Shown: positions 1 to 12,056, counted from the whole stretch's first letter. The stretch: 63,724 bases of DNA, filler included, from Chiloscyllium plagiosum (GCF_004010195.1; 4 parts of one record of this genome joined end to end with filler, not necessarily neighbours in it), one strand, 5' to 3'. Numbers and translations: made by a program. Notes: generated by a model from the letters alone, not told the origin.

Positions 1-159
1 GTAGGGAATCCCAGCCCCATGGAGTGCACATCCAGTTCCATGTGGAAAAACCAGGACACTTCTTGTGTGAGCGACAACCACAAGAACACGGAGGTGACAC
101 GGGAAATGTCAGGAACACTCGTTTGACCACAGTTAAAGTACTGCACACGCTTCTGATCC

Positions 160-575
160 CCTTATTCCAGGGTTGATGTGATCACACCAGAGAGGGTACA
201 GCGGAGATTGATCAGAATGTTTCTACAATTGGAAAATTTTTGCTCTGAGGAAAGGCTGGATAGGCTGGGGATGATTTCCGAGGAGGATGAGCTGAGATTT
301 AATTGAAGTGATAAAATGCTGAGTAATCCAGATCGAGTGGATAGGAAGGAGCTATTCATTAGCAGAGAGGTCAGTAACTGGAGGTTTTAGACTGAAACTA
401 ATTCTCAGAAAAAGGGGAGGGGAAAATTCATTTCACTCAGAGATGGTGGGGAGCAGGAACTCATGATAGGGTGGCAGAGGCAGTAACCAGTATCACATTA
501 TCATAAAATGACTTGGATGTAACTGAAATGCTGGAGCACACAGGGCTGCAGACTAAAGTCTGCAGAATGGGATCA
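160..575 (+). mobile_element. Old CR1 LINE 3' fragment
   Basis: Degenerate CR1 ORF2 C-terminal/3'UTR text (gaggaaaggctggataggctgggg...ttaattgaagtgataaaatgctgag). Confidence 0.7.
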
Positions 576-1214
576 TTGTGATTTATTTGACATTTCTCCA
601 GAATATTAAAGTCAAGTCCAATTTGAGAATTTATGAACATAATCGGACCTGAATTCCAAATGTCAAAATTACTTTATCTGAAGGTTACAGCACAGATTGA
701 GGCCACGTGGCCCATCCTGCATGTGTTGGCTGTGATAGAACTACTCAGGCTTTACATCATTCTGTACTCACCAACGAGAGCAACAATTTCTGACTGTGAA
801 CTCTGCCCTCTATGATGTTATAATCTGTTTTTATAATATATATCTTTCACAGCTGCATAACTTGTTTCCTGGTTTCTTTCCCAGCCCTAACCCCATTCCC
901 TGTGGCCTTGAGGAACTACCATTTCTGCTGTTTAATCTCTCCTGCCTTCCCCCGTGTGACAAACTGCCTTTTTGTTCTTGTCTCACCCCCACCTTGCTCG
1001 CAACCTTTTACATTTCTGATTCCCAGACCTCTGTGACTTCACTGCGCCCCCTGGCACGAGTTTTGAATTCTCTTCCTCATGAGATAATCGGAAATCTTTC
1101 TGGCTGCAGTTTCCCCAAGATTTTATTTTGAAAAAAAAACACAGAGGATTTGCGTCATAATCAAGTATTTTGCTCGTTCATCCACAATCCTGAGTACTTA
1201 GACATAATTTGAGA

Positions 1215-1400
1215 CCCTCCCACAGATGTGCAGGTTTGATGGATTGGCCGTGCTAACATGGCCTGTAGTGTGTAGGTTATGTGGGTTGGGTTAGCCATGT
1301 TAAATGTGGGATTATGGGGGTAGGGTGGACCAGCAGGTCATTGCAGACTCGATGGACTGAATAGCCTGTTTGTGCGCCTAAGGGATGCTGTGATTCTAAC
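1215..1400 (+). mobile_element. HE1-like V-SINE, 3' half
   Basis: gatgtgcaggtt...ggattggccgtgctaa core and CR1-like tail shared with full copies at 8238 and 11752. Confidence 0.75.
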
Positions 1401-2564
1401 TAATTGTGATTGTTGTCACATTTTCCTCATGCCAGGTTCATTCAGCTCAGGTACACATGCGGCGTTTTGTGTTTCTCTGGATTCTCACTCACTCCTTCCC
1501 TTCAGTTTTACATCAATTTCACACTGTATGTGAGGGTGGGAATGAATTTGTAAATATAAATACTCCAACCGAAACCCCTCACAAGTCAGGAGCTGTTTCT
1601 GCTACTAGCATCACTCACAACAGGAAAATAAAGGTTCAGTCACAAATCTGACAGAAACGCAGAGGTCATAATCACTAGGAAATGCTAAATAGCTTATAAC
1701 TCTTTTCTTAAGAAAAGAGGAGGCTGAGAGACAACCTTGTACAAGTAGGAAGCTTTGGGTGTGTGTTTTCAGAGGTTTTAGGTTGAAATCATTGGGTTTT
1801 AAGCATGATTAAATTGCCCCAGGTTATCAAAGGTGCTGTCGGAATGTGCATCTTTCTTTCTACCTATCTATCTGAGTTAACAATCAGATGGATAGGTCAT
1901 TGTCTGAGTGTTTTCCCGAATCCCTGATTGAATCTGCCTCCCCCCACAATCTCAGGCGCCTCACCACTCACTGGGTTACGGAGAAACTCTGCTGTTATCA
2001 TGAAAGCTTTCTTTGCTGTCACCTCTCTTAGTGTTTCTGCCTAATCCCCACTTCTCTTCATTAAATCCCAGCTGCCTATAGTCCACCCACATGGATATGT
2101 TGAAGAGCATGACAGGAGAAAGGATTGAAACTGACAGTTCAATAGCCAGAATGAAAGAGGAAGGAGGAAATAAACGGGGTTTGTGGATCTCGGGGATACA
2201 GACTCCAGGATTAGACCTTGTGGGCATTCCCGCAGTAATACGAGACAGCATTCCATGATGAGAGTTAAACACGGGTGGCCGGAGAGGGAGCCACTGAACA
2301 TGAACAGGTTTAGTTCAAACATAGGAGGTTAGTTCAGTCAGTAACAGTGTGTTCGACATGGATGTGAAGTGAGCAGTGAGGGGAAATGTTGCCACAAGCT
2401 GCAGATGGACAACTTTCATTGGAACAGGGGGAGGCCATTCAGCCCCTCAATCCTGCTCTGCCATTCAGAATGATCATGGCTGATTTGTGGCCTAACTTGC
2501 AATTTTCAAAACCCTCCAAACTCATCAATAAACTTCTCTGCAACAGACAAGATGAATATTGAAA

Positions 2565-2660
2565 AACTGATCATCTGCAAATGGTAGGATATCAGCAACA
2601 AAAGCAGACATTGCTGGAAACATTCAGCAGACCTGGCAGCATCTGTGGAGAGTGAACCTT
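2565..2660 (-). mobile_element. Penelope-like terminal fragment
   Basis: ttgctggaaacattcagcagacctggcagcatctgtggag is the reverse complement of the PLE terminus seen at 18220-18290. Confidence 0.6.
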
Positions 2661-2924
2661 TGGGAACCAGTGACGGGTCAGGTGACCAACTGCAGCTGAC
2701 CATTCTGCCTTTTCTGTAACACTCTCTGGAATTGGTTCCGGTGCAAGGGGGATGAGATTGTCAATAACAACTGAGAAAATAGGAGGATGTGCTCAATCAG
2801 AGTAAAACACATTTTGGTCTTTCACTTTTAATTCAACTGCAAACATTATTCATTAATATTTCTGAAATAGGATAATAGACCAGAAATTTTCATGTCACTG
2901 GGTCTGGGAAATTGTGCTAATTCT

Positions 2925-3060
2925 GACCTGGTCCAACCTACATGTGAATCCAGACCCTGAATAATGTGGTTGACTCTGAACCATCTACTGGGCAGTTAGA
3001 ATGGATGGCAAATGCTGCCCCAGCAAATGATGCCGTGATCCCATGAACAAACAAAATAAA
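2925..3060 (+). mobile_element. SINE/L2-type 3' tail fragment (Deu/L2-tailed SINE-like)
   Basis: gggcagttagaatggatggcaaatgctgccccagcaaatgatgccgtgatcccatgaacaaacaaaataaa resembles the reverse complement of the tail at 7130-7200. Confidence 0.5.
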
Positions 3061-3074
3061 TCCAATCACTGTGA

Positions 3075-3265
3075 TTACTTGTGAGCCCGCCGGTGTTTCA
3101 TCAAGCTGGATATCTGGGTGCGTGGCTTCCCACACTCAGAGCAGGTGAATGGCCTCTCCCCAGTGAGAATTCGCTGGAGTTCAATGAGGCTGGATGGTGT
3201 ACTGAACCCAGTACCACAGTGAGAACACCTGAATGGTCTCTCACTGGTCTCCTGGGACCAGGAGA
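3075..3265 (-). pseudogene. C2H2 zinc-finger gene remnant (about 2 degenerate fingers)
   Basis: ORF 3075..3491 ends [60 protein letters not shown] linkers, first finger has lost its His residues. Confidence 0.85.
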
Positions 3266-3319
3266 GATGATACTCACCATCCCAGGGGATACTGGGTAAA
3301 GATACCTCCAAGAGGGATC

Positions 3320-3635
3320 TAGTGAGAGTAGATCGGGAGAAACTGTTCACATGCATGGAAGAATCAATAATGAGGAGGCACCGATGTAAAGGGATTGACA
3401 AAGGAAGCACATGTGACATGAGACAAAACGTTTTCATGCAGAGAAAGTTTATGGAATGCACTGCCAAAGAGCGAGATGGAGTCAGGTACAATGAAGAGAA
3501 TAGAATTGAACAGTTATTGGAAGGGGATGAATGGGAATGTTTATGGGCTAAAGGAAAAGAATGGCATTTGGTGAGGTGATCCTTTGGAGAGCTGATGAGT
3601 CAATCAGCCTCCTTTTGTCCTTCTGTGAACATTTC
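3320..3635 (+). mobile_element. Old CR1 LINE 3' fragment
   Basis: gacatgagacaaaacgttttcatgcagagaaagtttatggaatgcactgcc resembles the CR1 C-terminal FFxQRVVxxWNxLP region. Confidence 0.55.
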
Positions 3636-4559
3636 ATTCTGAGCCCTCGAAGGAATTATCAGAGCAGGGATTGTGAAGAGGTCAGATTGAATGAGAGTCT
3701 CGGTGAACAAAAGTGAGACAACTATATAGAGAGGTTTTGGGCTGGAATAAATCAAATGGTATAAATTTGCACGGCCACCAACATTACAGCAGTTACAAGT
3801 GGGAGTGATCAAGACAGTGGAAGTAGAGCAGCAAATAAATCTTAAACATTTATGCAGCTAAAGGGGATGCTGGGTAAAGATACCACAGTTAGTGCTGATT
3901 TCATTCCAGACACACCAGCCAGGGCACACATCCTTGCTGTGTCTACCATATTGATCTCTTTAAGATTTTTGTTCATTTGAAGTGTTTCATGTTTAGATAG
4001 TCCAGAGAAGACAGCTTCATTCTCCTCAATCTCTTCTGCCAGGACAATGCTGCTGTTAGAATTCAATTCACTGGCATGTTACTGGCTGCTTCAAGGATGG
4101 AACTGGCAATTGAGACGAAAAGGTTACTGTATAAAATATCTTCGATTGTATTGCCAGATAGCCAGACACATGAGGGGCTTTAAGAAAAATAACTTAAATG
4201 ATGGGTATTGAGTGTCAGAGCGCCTACTGTTGTGGGGGCATCCTGTTCAGATACAATCTATTGGTAATTGTTAGAATTGACTTGCACTGGCTCCAGAGAA
4301 GTGGTCAGAGCATTATAACGGTCATTGGAGATGGTAACAAATTTCCCATGGGTTACAAATCGTAAATGACAGAGTAAGTACGAGTTCTGCTGGTAAAGTG
4401 TATAAAGTTATTCAAAATAGCCCGAAATTACTTTCAGATACAAGTGAGAGAAAGGTACATTAAGTAGGTCATTGCATTAATCCAAATTTAGAAATTCAGG
4501 GGAACTGAAGGGAGAGCTGGTGTTGGGAGTTGTAGTAATGATAGGGGAAACCTTGTTTT

Positions 4560-5372
4560 ACGGACAGAGAGAGTTCCCAGATGGGAAACTCAGCTTTAAG
4601 ATCACATCAACTGCAGAGTCGTCCAATTCCGCAGGTCCTGATCCTTATCGGTAATATGGAAGTGGAAAGCAGCATTCCCAGCCCAGAAAAATCATTCCTG
4701 TTATGCATGTGGTCGAATGTTTAACTAGTCATGTGATCTGGGAAGACACCAATGTGTTTGGACCAGGGTGAGGCTGTGTAAATATAAGGACTGTGGGAAG
4801 GGATTCACTTACACCTCCCAGCGCGACACTGACGGACACAGTCACACTGGGGAGAGGCCGTTCACCTGCCCCATGTATGGGAAGGGAACTACTCGATCTT
4901 AAAACATGCTGAGGCACCAGAGATGGCACAGCGGATTTAGACCCTTCACCTGCTCCATGTGTGAGAAAGGATTCATTCAAATCTCTCACCTGCGGAGACA
5001 TCAGTGCATTTCTATCGGGGAAAGGCCATTCACCTGCTCAGTTTGTGGGTAAGGATTCACTCAGTGACCTGCTGAAACACCAGCGAGCTCACCCTGGGGA
5101 AAGGCCATTCACTTGCTCCCAGTGTGGGGGGACAATCACACAAATGCACCACCTGCGAAGTCCCAGTGAGCCCACACAGTGGGAGAGGCCATTAAGATAC
5201 TCAGTGAAGGAGAAGGGATTCAGTTATTCATCCCACCCCCTGAGACCCCAGCGTGTTCACACTGGGTAGAAGCTGTTCACCCCTCTGTGTGAGAAGGGAT
5301 TTGCTGCGCCTTTAACACGATTGAGAGACTAGTGAGTGCTCACAGGGAAGTGGTCATCCACCTGCTCCATGA
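4560..5372 (+). pseudogene. C2H2 zinc-finger array exon, pseudogenised (about 7-8 degenerate fingers)
   Basis: Manual translation from ~4789: [90 protein letters not shown]; repeated HTGERPFTC linkers, in-frame stops and frameshifts. Confidence 0.92.
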
Positions 5373-5604
5373 TGACTGCAGGACTCTGATTCTAATGTTA
5401 CTGTTCATCAGAGTCAGGAGTGCACCTTGTACATGATGACAATGCTGGAGTATTGATGTTGTTGTTAACCACATTAACTGGGCTGGAGTTAACGGAACTT
5501 AGATTGCCACTTTCTGAACCTCAGGATGTCTCTCTGGGCAGTAAGTCTCCACAAACAGAAATGTGACAATGAGCAGGGATCATCTTTTTTGATTTAAATT
5601 GTGA

Positions 5605-5935
5605 TTGTAGCACTGCTGCTTCACAGCATCAGGTACAAGGTTGGAGTCCAGCCTTGGTCAACGGCCAGTGTGGAGTTCTCACATTCTCCCCATGATAGTG
5701 TGGGTCCCCTCCAGGTGCTCTGGCTTCCTCCAACAGCCCAGAGATGTGCAGGTTAGATGGATCAGTCGTGCTAAATTGTCCACAGTGTTCAGGATTGTGC
5801 AGACTACGTGGATCAGCCATTAGAAGTGCAGTGTTACAGTGATAGAGTGCTCTGGGCGTGATGTTCTTCGGATGGTCGGTGGGGTTCGATGGGCCAATGC
5901 TCTCCTTCCACACTGTAGGGATTTTATTCTATGAT
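5605..5935 (+). mobile_element. HE1-like V-SINE
   Basis: tRNA-like head (tagcactgctgcttcacagc), V-domain-like core (gggtcccctccaggtgctctggcttcctcc), tail ccacactgtagggattttattctatga. Confidence 0.85.
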
Positions 5936-6193
5936 TGAGGGTAAAGGCTCCACAGCAGGGTGTCCTTGGAGAAGGAGCATGTGGTGTGCATCAAAGCTCT
6001 CGATGCCTTTAGATAGAGGTGGGCACCGTAGGGAATATAGTGCTTTATCTCCACCGCTGCCCCCTCCCCGCACCTCTACTTTGATTTAGCCCCTTCTCAC
6101 TCTGTCACTTGTAATGGTTTGCTTGGCCCGTAATGGGCTTTGTTTATAAATATTCAATTGGTACACAAATGGTTTATTGCTGGTGATTATATG

Positions 6194-6340
6194 TCTAGAT
6201 TAGAGTGGTGCTGGAAAAGCACAGCAGGTCAGGCAGGATCCGAGGAGCCGGAAAATCAACGTTTTGGCAAAAGCCCTTTTCCAGCACCACTCTAATCTAG
6301 GCCCTGGTTTCCAGCATCTGCAGTCCTCACTTTTGCACTA
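6194..6340. mobile_element. Miniature Penelope-derived hairpin insertion with TSD
   Basis: Perfect 25-bp inverted repeat 6195-6219/6276-6300; flanking direct repeat ctggtgattatatg (6180-6193)/ctggtggctatatg (6341-6354). Confidence 0.85.
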
Positions 6341-7129
6341 CTGGTGGCTATATGTTAACCAAAAGCAAAATGGTGTAATGATGATTTTGATGGTGGGAAG
6401 GTTGCTGTGATAACACTTCTGGGTCGTAGAAATGGGGGAAAAGAACGCTTCACAGCTCACAGAATGAGAACTGAAAAGTAGTTAAATCAAACCAAAGGTT
6501 CAGACAGGGAGGGAATATTTCCCTGGAGTTTGAGTAGCTGGAAAGTGATGGGGTCCGGGAATAGACAGGATTTTGTTTTACAGAGGTTGAAAGTTTTAAA
6601 ACTGTTATGTTCAGTCAATTTACGTTATTTTCTTTAATTTTATTTGCTGTGCATAAAACTTTTACAGCATTTTAAAGCCAAGATTTGCAAACCTTGTGTT
6701 AAAGATAAATGTTAAATAAAATCCATTAAACCATCCCTCACTGAAAACTGTTGTGGAAGTGCAATCTCCTGGAGAATCCCAGCCCACTCCTTTCTACCCG
6801 GGCTCCATGACTATATACATACCTGGGAGATAGCAGCAGGAGGAGATGATTCAGCCTTTCAATCCTGCTCCACCATTCAATGGGAAACAGCTGACCATCC
6901 AGCTCAGGCTCCTGTTCCTGCTGTGTTCCAATCCCCTTTCATGGCTTTACCTCGAAAAACTATATCTAAGTCCTCCTTTGGCTTCACTGCCTTTTGTTCC
7001 AGTGACGTTGCTGTGTTACTGTGTGGGTGGAGGCAGGGGTAATGTGATGGATCTGCCTCCTGGAGGATGCACTCAGCGTCCCTCATTATCCTGCAGGAAC
7101 AGCAACTGGGTTTCAGCAACTAGAGATAG

Positions 7130-7305
7130 AAACCATTTCCAGGATATGGGCATCACTGGCTCAGCCAGCATTTATTCCCCATCTCTAGTTGCCCTTGAGA
7201 AGACGGTAGTGAGCTGATGTCTTGAACCATTCACAGTCCATTTGGCGCAGAAAGACCGACAATGCTGGGAGGGAGGTGTTGCAGGATTTTGGCCCAGCGA
7301 GTCTC
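7130..7305 (-). mobile_element. L2/CR1-group LINE 3' end
   Basis: ggatatgggcatcactggctcagccagcatttattccccatctctagttgcccttgagaagacggtagtgagc, a tail typical of the old LINE family in this window. Confidence 0.6.
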
Positions 7306-7324
7306 CATCTTTGCTTATTCAAAT

Positions 7325-7405
7325 GCTGGTTAACTTCATCACAATCTGCACGTGATTTTGAGATTTCAGTCTGCAAATCTTCACCATCAATCACCCTGTA
7401 TAAAG
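7325..7405 (-). pseudogene. Truncated start of zinc-finger gene terminal exon
   Basis: Minus-strand acceptor ctttatacag|ggtgattgatggtgaagatttgcagactgaaatctcaaaatcacg (IDGEDLQTEISKSR) resembles exon starts at ~11505, ~15893 and ~4565. Confidence 0.5.
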
Positions 7406-7859
7406 GAATATGTACAGGTTAGAAATTCAGAACAGACAATTCTAGTTTCTCTGGAATATCTTTTTCCACTTTCTTCCCCCAATACTGTAACCCTCCAGCC
7501 CACTTACTCTCTCCCACCATTCTGACTCCACTACCCCCTAATGTACACCCTCCCCATTCTCATGGAGTTGTTGATAAACAGATCCATGCCACCACTTCCC
7601 GTCCCTGGTTAGACTCTGCACCCTTTCTGGGTTCACTTCCTTTCCCTTCAGTTGCTGCAAGTCAATAATGTAACAGAAGAATGAAACAAAAGGAAACAGA
7701 CAGGGAGATGGCAGATCCTGGACAGAAGAGGAACCTTCAGTCTGGTAGAATGGGTCAGATCCTTCTTAGTTCCCCATTAGTTGATTCCCACCATTATAAT
7801 GAATTGGGGATGGAGAGTGGTCCTACATGGGTGTAGTGACACTTTGACCCCACAACAGA

Positions 7860-8175
7860 TCAAAACTATAAGCAGACACATTCCTCCTCCAGCCAATCAC
7901 AGTGTGAAATTCTTTCCGCAAAGTATACATACCCAAAGCACATCTCCAAAACCCAACAACATTCTGTACATGTACAGTGCCGTGTTTCCCCACACAAGTG
8001 TGGCTCCTGTCTCAGGGATTGTGGGAGTTGTAGTCCCCATGAAGCCACTGGAGCCCTGTCTCAGGAAAGTGGAAGAAAAGTGTGGACTGGAGGGCGTTGT
8101 GTATAGGATCCCAATTCAGATACACAGAACATATGGACTGTCACTGGGTTTTACTGAGACATCTGCTTCCACAAC
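7860..8175. promoter_or_regulatory. Promoter-like segment with CCAAT box and ZNF143/THAP11 motif
   Basis: agccaatcac at 7891-7900; tgggagttgtagtcc at 8022-8036 (reverse complement GGACTACAACTCCCA). Confidence 0.55.
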
Positions 8176-8237
8176 CTAATTTTCTGATGTAAGGGATATA
8201 GATTCAACTAACTGGGGCGTGGGGAGGTTAATATTTG

Positions 8238-8572
8238 AGGTGGCTCAATGGTTAGCATTGCTGACTCACAGCGTCAGGGACCTGGATTTGGTGCCAGCCT
8301 TAGGCGACTGTGTGGAGTTTACATGTTCTCCCCGTGTCTGTGCGGGTTTTCTCTGGGTGCTCCAATTTCATCCCACAGCCCAAAGATGAATAAGTTAATT
8401 GGATTGGCCATGCTAAATTGCCCACAGTATCCATGCGTGTGAAGGTTTAGCCATTAACCATGGGAAATACAGGGAATGGGTGAGTCCTGAACGGGATGCT
8501 CATTATAGGATTGGTGTGGACTCCATGGATGATTACCCTGTTTCTGCACTGTAGGGATTCTATTCTATTCTC
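8238..8572 (+). mobile_element. HE1-like V-SINE, full length, inserted into a CR1 3' end (8180-8825)
   Basis: A-box tggctcaatggttagc, core gtgtctgtgcgggttttctctgggtgctcc, tail gtagggattctattctattct. Confidence 0.88.
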
Positions 8573-8979
8573 ATGAAGAAGAATGTACTTATCTCAATGT
8601 GCTGTGAATCTGTGGAATTCCCTATTCAAAATGCAGTGGATGCCAGGACAATGAGAAAATTTACTGAAGAGATACAGATGTTGATTTTGCAATGAGTTGA
8701 AGGGTGAGAGAGAGCAGGCAGGAAAATCCAGCTGAGAAAGAGGTGAGCTCAATCATCACCGTATAAAATGGTGGAGCTGGTTCGAAGGGCTGCATTGCCT
8801 CTCCTGGGCCCAGTCTTATCTTCTGACGGTAATAACTGGAAAGCTAAATCCAACACTCACCACCTTCACCAAAGGAGATTTTCGAAAAAAGCAGGATAGT
8901 CAGGTGGGTTAGCGTTCCAAACTTAGATACTGAGGAAGCATGTGGGATTAATGATTTTACATTTTTAAACTGAGGTGAG

Positions 8980-9149
8980 TTAAAAATCACACAACAGGTT
9001 ATCGTCAAACAGGTTTAATTGGATCAGAATGACGGAGCAACGCTCAGAAATCTAGTGTGTTTCCAATTAAACCTGAAGGACTAGAACCTGGTGTTGTGTG
9101 ATTTTTAAATTTATACACCCCTGTCCAACATCGGCATCTCCAAATCATG
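8980..9149. mobile_element. Miniature Penelope-like hairpin insertion (second family) with TSD
   Basis: Inverted arms taaaaatcacacaacaggtt...aacctggtgttgtgtgattttta; flanking repeat taaactgaggtgag (8966-8979)/taaactgaggggag (9150-9163). Confidence 0.75.
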
Positions 9150-9324
9150 TAAACTGAGGGGAGACAGTGATTTATGGTTTTCGACTGTGTAATACATTCA
9201 CAGCGTCCAGAATACGTTGTTGTGAATATCTATCCTGTACTTTATTACAAAGCCAAGGTCTCTGACAATGAAAACCAAAACACCCAGGTAACATCGCCTC
9301 ACCTCATAATCTGATAAAAAAGAC

Positions 9325-10520
9325 TCGTGATAAGTCTGGTTAAATTTAGAATACAGTTGGAAAGCGGGAAGATTAAATCCAATCCCAAGATCCTGTACTT
9401 CAACAAAGGAGACTACAATAGGATGAGGCAGGAGTTGGCTAATGTCGACTGGAAGCAAATACTTTATGGTGGGACAGTTGAAAGACAGTGGAGGAATATA
9501 AAAGAATTTTTCAAACTGCTCAGCAAAAGTATATATCAATGAAAAGGAAGGACTGTAGGAAAAAGAGTAATCTGCCATGGGTGGCTAAGGAAATAAGGGA
9601 GTCTATCAAATTGAAATAGAAAGCATACAAATTGGCAAAGACCATGGAGAAACTAGGAGATTCGAAAATCTTTAAAGATAAACAGAAAGCTAGACGGGAT
9701 TGGGGGAGAAAAGTGATGAGTAGCTGTCCCCAGGGTCAGAATAGCAGTTTACACTGCTAGAGGGGAACCTATTATGTGGGGAACATTTGGCCTCTGTAAT
9801 TGTTGAAGCACTTAACTGTTACCATAGAGATAATCCTGATCAAGTTAAAAATCACAGCACACTCCAAACGCTTGTACTGCCAAATAAACCTGTTGGGCTA
9901 TAACTTGGTGATGTGTGGTTTTTAACTTTGCCCACCCAGCTCCAACACCGGCTCTTCCACATCAGAATCCTGACAGACAGCCCCACTGAAACTGAAGTGC
10001 CTATCAGATACCTGACTGAGCCATAGAGCCGTGGGGGAGAGGTGTGTGATTTAACCTGAGCTGAACTCGACTTTTTAACTGCCATTGCCATGGAGATAAT
10101 ATTGAGAGACAGCATCCATTCAAAACAACAAACCACAAGGTATAAGAATGGGAGTGGCACATCGGACAGGCGGGGAGTTACCTGATTCTGCCTGGACGTG
10201 TTCTGCATGTACACTACCCGGGTAACTGCCATGTCTCATCAATAAAGACTCAAAGAAGACCCCTCAGAGTTCTGTACCTACTTATTCCTATCCAGCAGGC
10301 TTCAGGAATATGAGTACACAGCAGTCAGACTTCACAGTGGAAGATACGAAGAACATGCCAGTAATTGATAAGGAGACTGAAGAAGGCGAGGACCAAGAAG
10401 CAATCATTATCACGGAACTGGGCAATCTAATGGAGCTAAAGGTAGACAAGTCTCTTTGCCCTGATGGAATACATCCCAGGGTACTACCAGAGATAGCGGG
10501 AGAAATAGTAAATATACTTG
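9325..10520 (+). mobile_element. CR1 ORF2 fragment interrupted by a ~600 bp unrelated insert (9695-10290)
   Basis: ORF 9327..9542 (LYFNKGDYNRMRQELANVDW) and ORF 10310..10597 (LKVDKSLCPDGIHPRVLPEIAGEI) are colinear CR1 ORF2 parts. Confidence 0.85.
9842..9965 (+). mobile_element. Miniature Penelope-like insertion
   Basis: Same family as 8980-9149; short flanking repeat aatcctga at 9832-9839 and 9966-9973. Confidence 0.65.
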
Positions 10521-11015
10521 GAGTCAGAATCCTACAGCAGAGACAGGCCCTTTGGCCCAAACTGGCCCATGCCGATCAGAATGCCCATCCATGCTAACCC
10601 CATTTCCCTGCACTTGGCCCATCTGCTTCTGACCCTTTGCTATCCATGTATTGGTTCCAATGTCTTTTACATGTTGTTAATGTACCCATTCCAACCACTT
10701 CCACTGGCAGCTCAGTCCATATCCATACCACTCTCTGAGTAAAACTGTTGATCCTCAGGTTCCCTTTCATAATTTCTCCTCGAACCGTAACCTGATGCCC
10801 TCCAGTCCTTGATTCCCTGGGAAAAAGACTGAGTGCATTCTCCTTACCCAGGCCTCTCATGGTCTTATATCCTTCCAGAAAACATCCCCCCCCTCTGTTT
10901 CCATTGCTCTAAACAACAAAATCTTCGCCTGTCCAACCTCTCCCTGTAACTCAGACCCCTGAGACCTGGCATCATCCTTGTAAATTTCTTCTGCACCTTT
11001 TTACAGTTTAATAAC
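10521..11015 (-). mobile_element. CR1 LINE 3' end
   Basis: ORF 10594..10860 (SRTGGHQVTVRG...SFTQRVVWIWTELP) is the CR1 ORF2 C-terminus. Confidence 0.88.
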
Positions 11016-11149
11016 TGGAACCTACACTGCATTCATCACATTTCCAATGATTCCCCACGGCATTGGAACTGACGTGACAACGCCATTGGATTACAAACCA
11101 TGATCAAGAATTAACTCCGTTACAACAATCCTGTTTTCATAGTATTTTC

Positions 11150-11510
11150 CATGCTGCAGCTATCCTTGTGTCTTTCTGGTTGCATGATTAATTTAAAACT
11201 TGTCCTCATACAAAACAAATCTGTAGCTTAATTGTTCCTGGGAAATGTGCCATGTTTTTTCAGACTTGTAAAAGCAAATGAACTCTCTCTCCACAATCAC
11301 CACACGAACATGGACTTGGCTGTGTCTCGGTATTTTTTTCCAGTCACACTGAGATTTGGTATATTCGCCCACGGACAGAATACACACCTTTCGTTCCAGA
11401 TGAAATGGCCAATGATATTCAGATCGGCACGGATCAAGTAACTATCAAAACCGAACAGGAAGTTCAATTTGAATTTCTCATCCAGAAATCCGCCCTTTCA
11501 GAACCCTACA
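11150..11510 (-). pseudogene. Highly decayed zinc-finger terminal exon
   Basis: Minus-strand acceptor tttctctattgtag|ggttctgaaagggcggattt, then gaaaggtgtgtattctgtccgtgggcga...cagtgtgactggaaaaaaataccgagacac...gattgtggagagagagttc, similar to the exon at 15600-15893. Confidence 0.6.
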
Positions 11511-11751
11511 ATAGAGAAAGCAGGTCACCACTGTTAATACAGGATGGAAATTCATAACACAATTATTGTATTAAATTGTAGTTTCTTTGTTTCCCCCAAA
11601 GCTTTAAATTCATGTCTCACAATTTCTCTCTTGTGAACTGAAATCCAAACCAATCTCCTCACTCCTTCCCTCCACACCCAGTTCGAACACTCTCTCCTCT
11701 CTTTGAATTCAGTTTTCTAGCTCCCGCCTGCAGACTAAGAACTAAGAAAAG

Positions 11752-12056
11752 GGGCGGCACGATGGCACAGTAGTTAGCACTACTGCCTCACAGCACTAGG
11801 GTCCCAGATTCGATTCCAGCCTCGGGCTCATTCTCACCGTGTCTGCGTGGGTTTCCTCCGGGTGCTCCGGTTTCCTCCCACAATCCAAAGACTGACAGTG
11901 CAGGTCAGGTGAATTAGCCATGGTAAATTACCCATAGTGTTCGGTGCTTTAGTCAGAGGGAAATGGGTCTGGGTGGGTTGCTTTTCAGAGGCTCGGTATG
12001 GACTGGTTGGGCCGAAGGGCCTGTTTCCACACTGTAGGAAATCTAATCAAATCAAT
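11752..12056 (+). mobile_element. HE1-like V-SINE, full length
   Basis: gggcggcacgatggcacagtagttagcactactgcctcacagc head with A box, B box gattcgattcc, V-core gtgtctgcgtgggtttcctccgggtgctccggtttcctccca, CR1-derived tail ggccgaagggcctgtttccacactgta. Confidence 0.92.

Noticed and set aside
4961..5269. 102-aa zinc-finger ORF as a functional gene
   Set aside because: It is a frameshift mosaic of a pseudogene; most fingers lack Cys or His ligands and neighbours contain stops.
6355..6735. Possible LTR fragment
   Set aside because: AT-rich tail is suggestive, but no termini, TSD or second copy could be identified.
11752..11825. tRNA-like sequence with A and B boxes (also 8238 and 33080-33152)
   Set aside because: These are SINE heads continuing into V-core and LINE tail, not tRNA genes.
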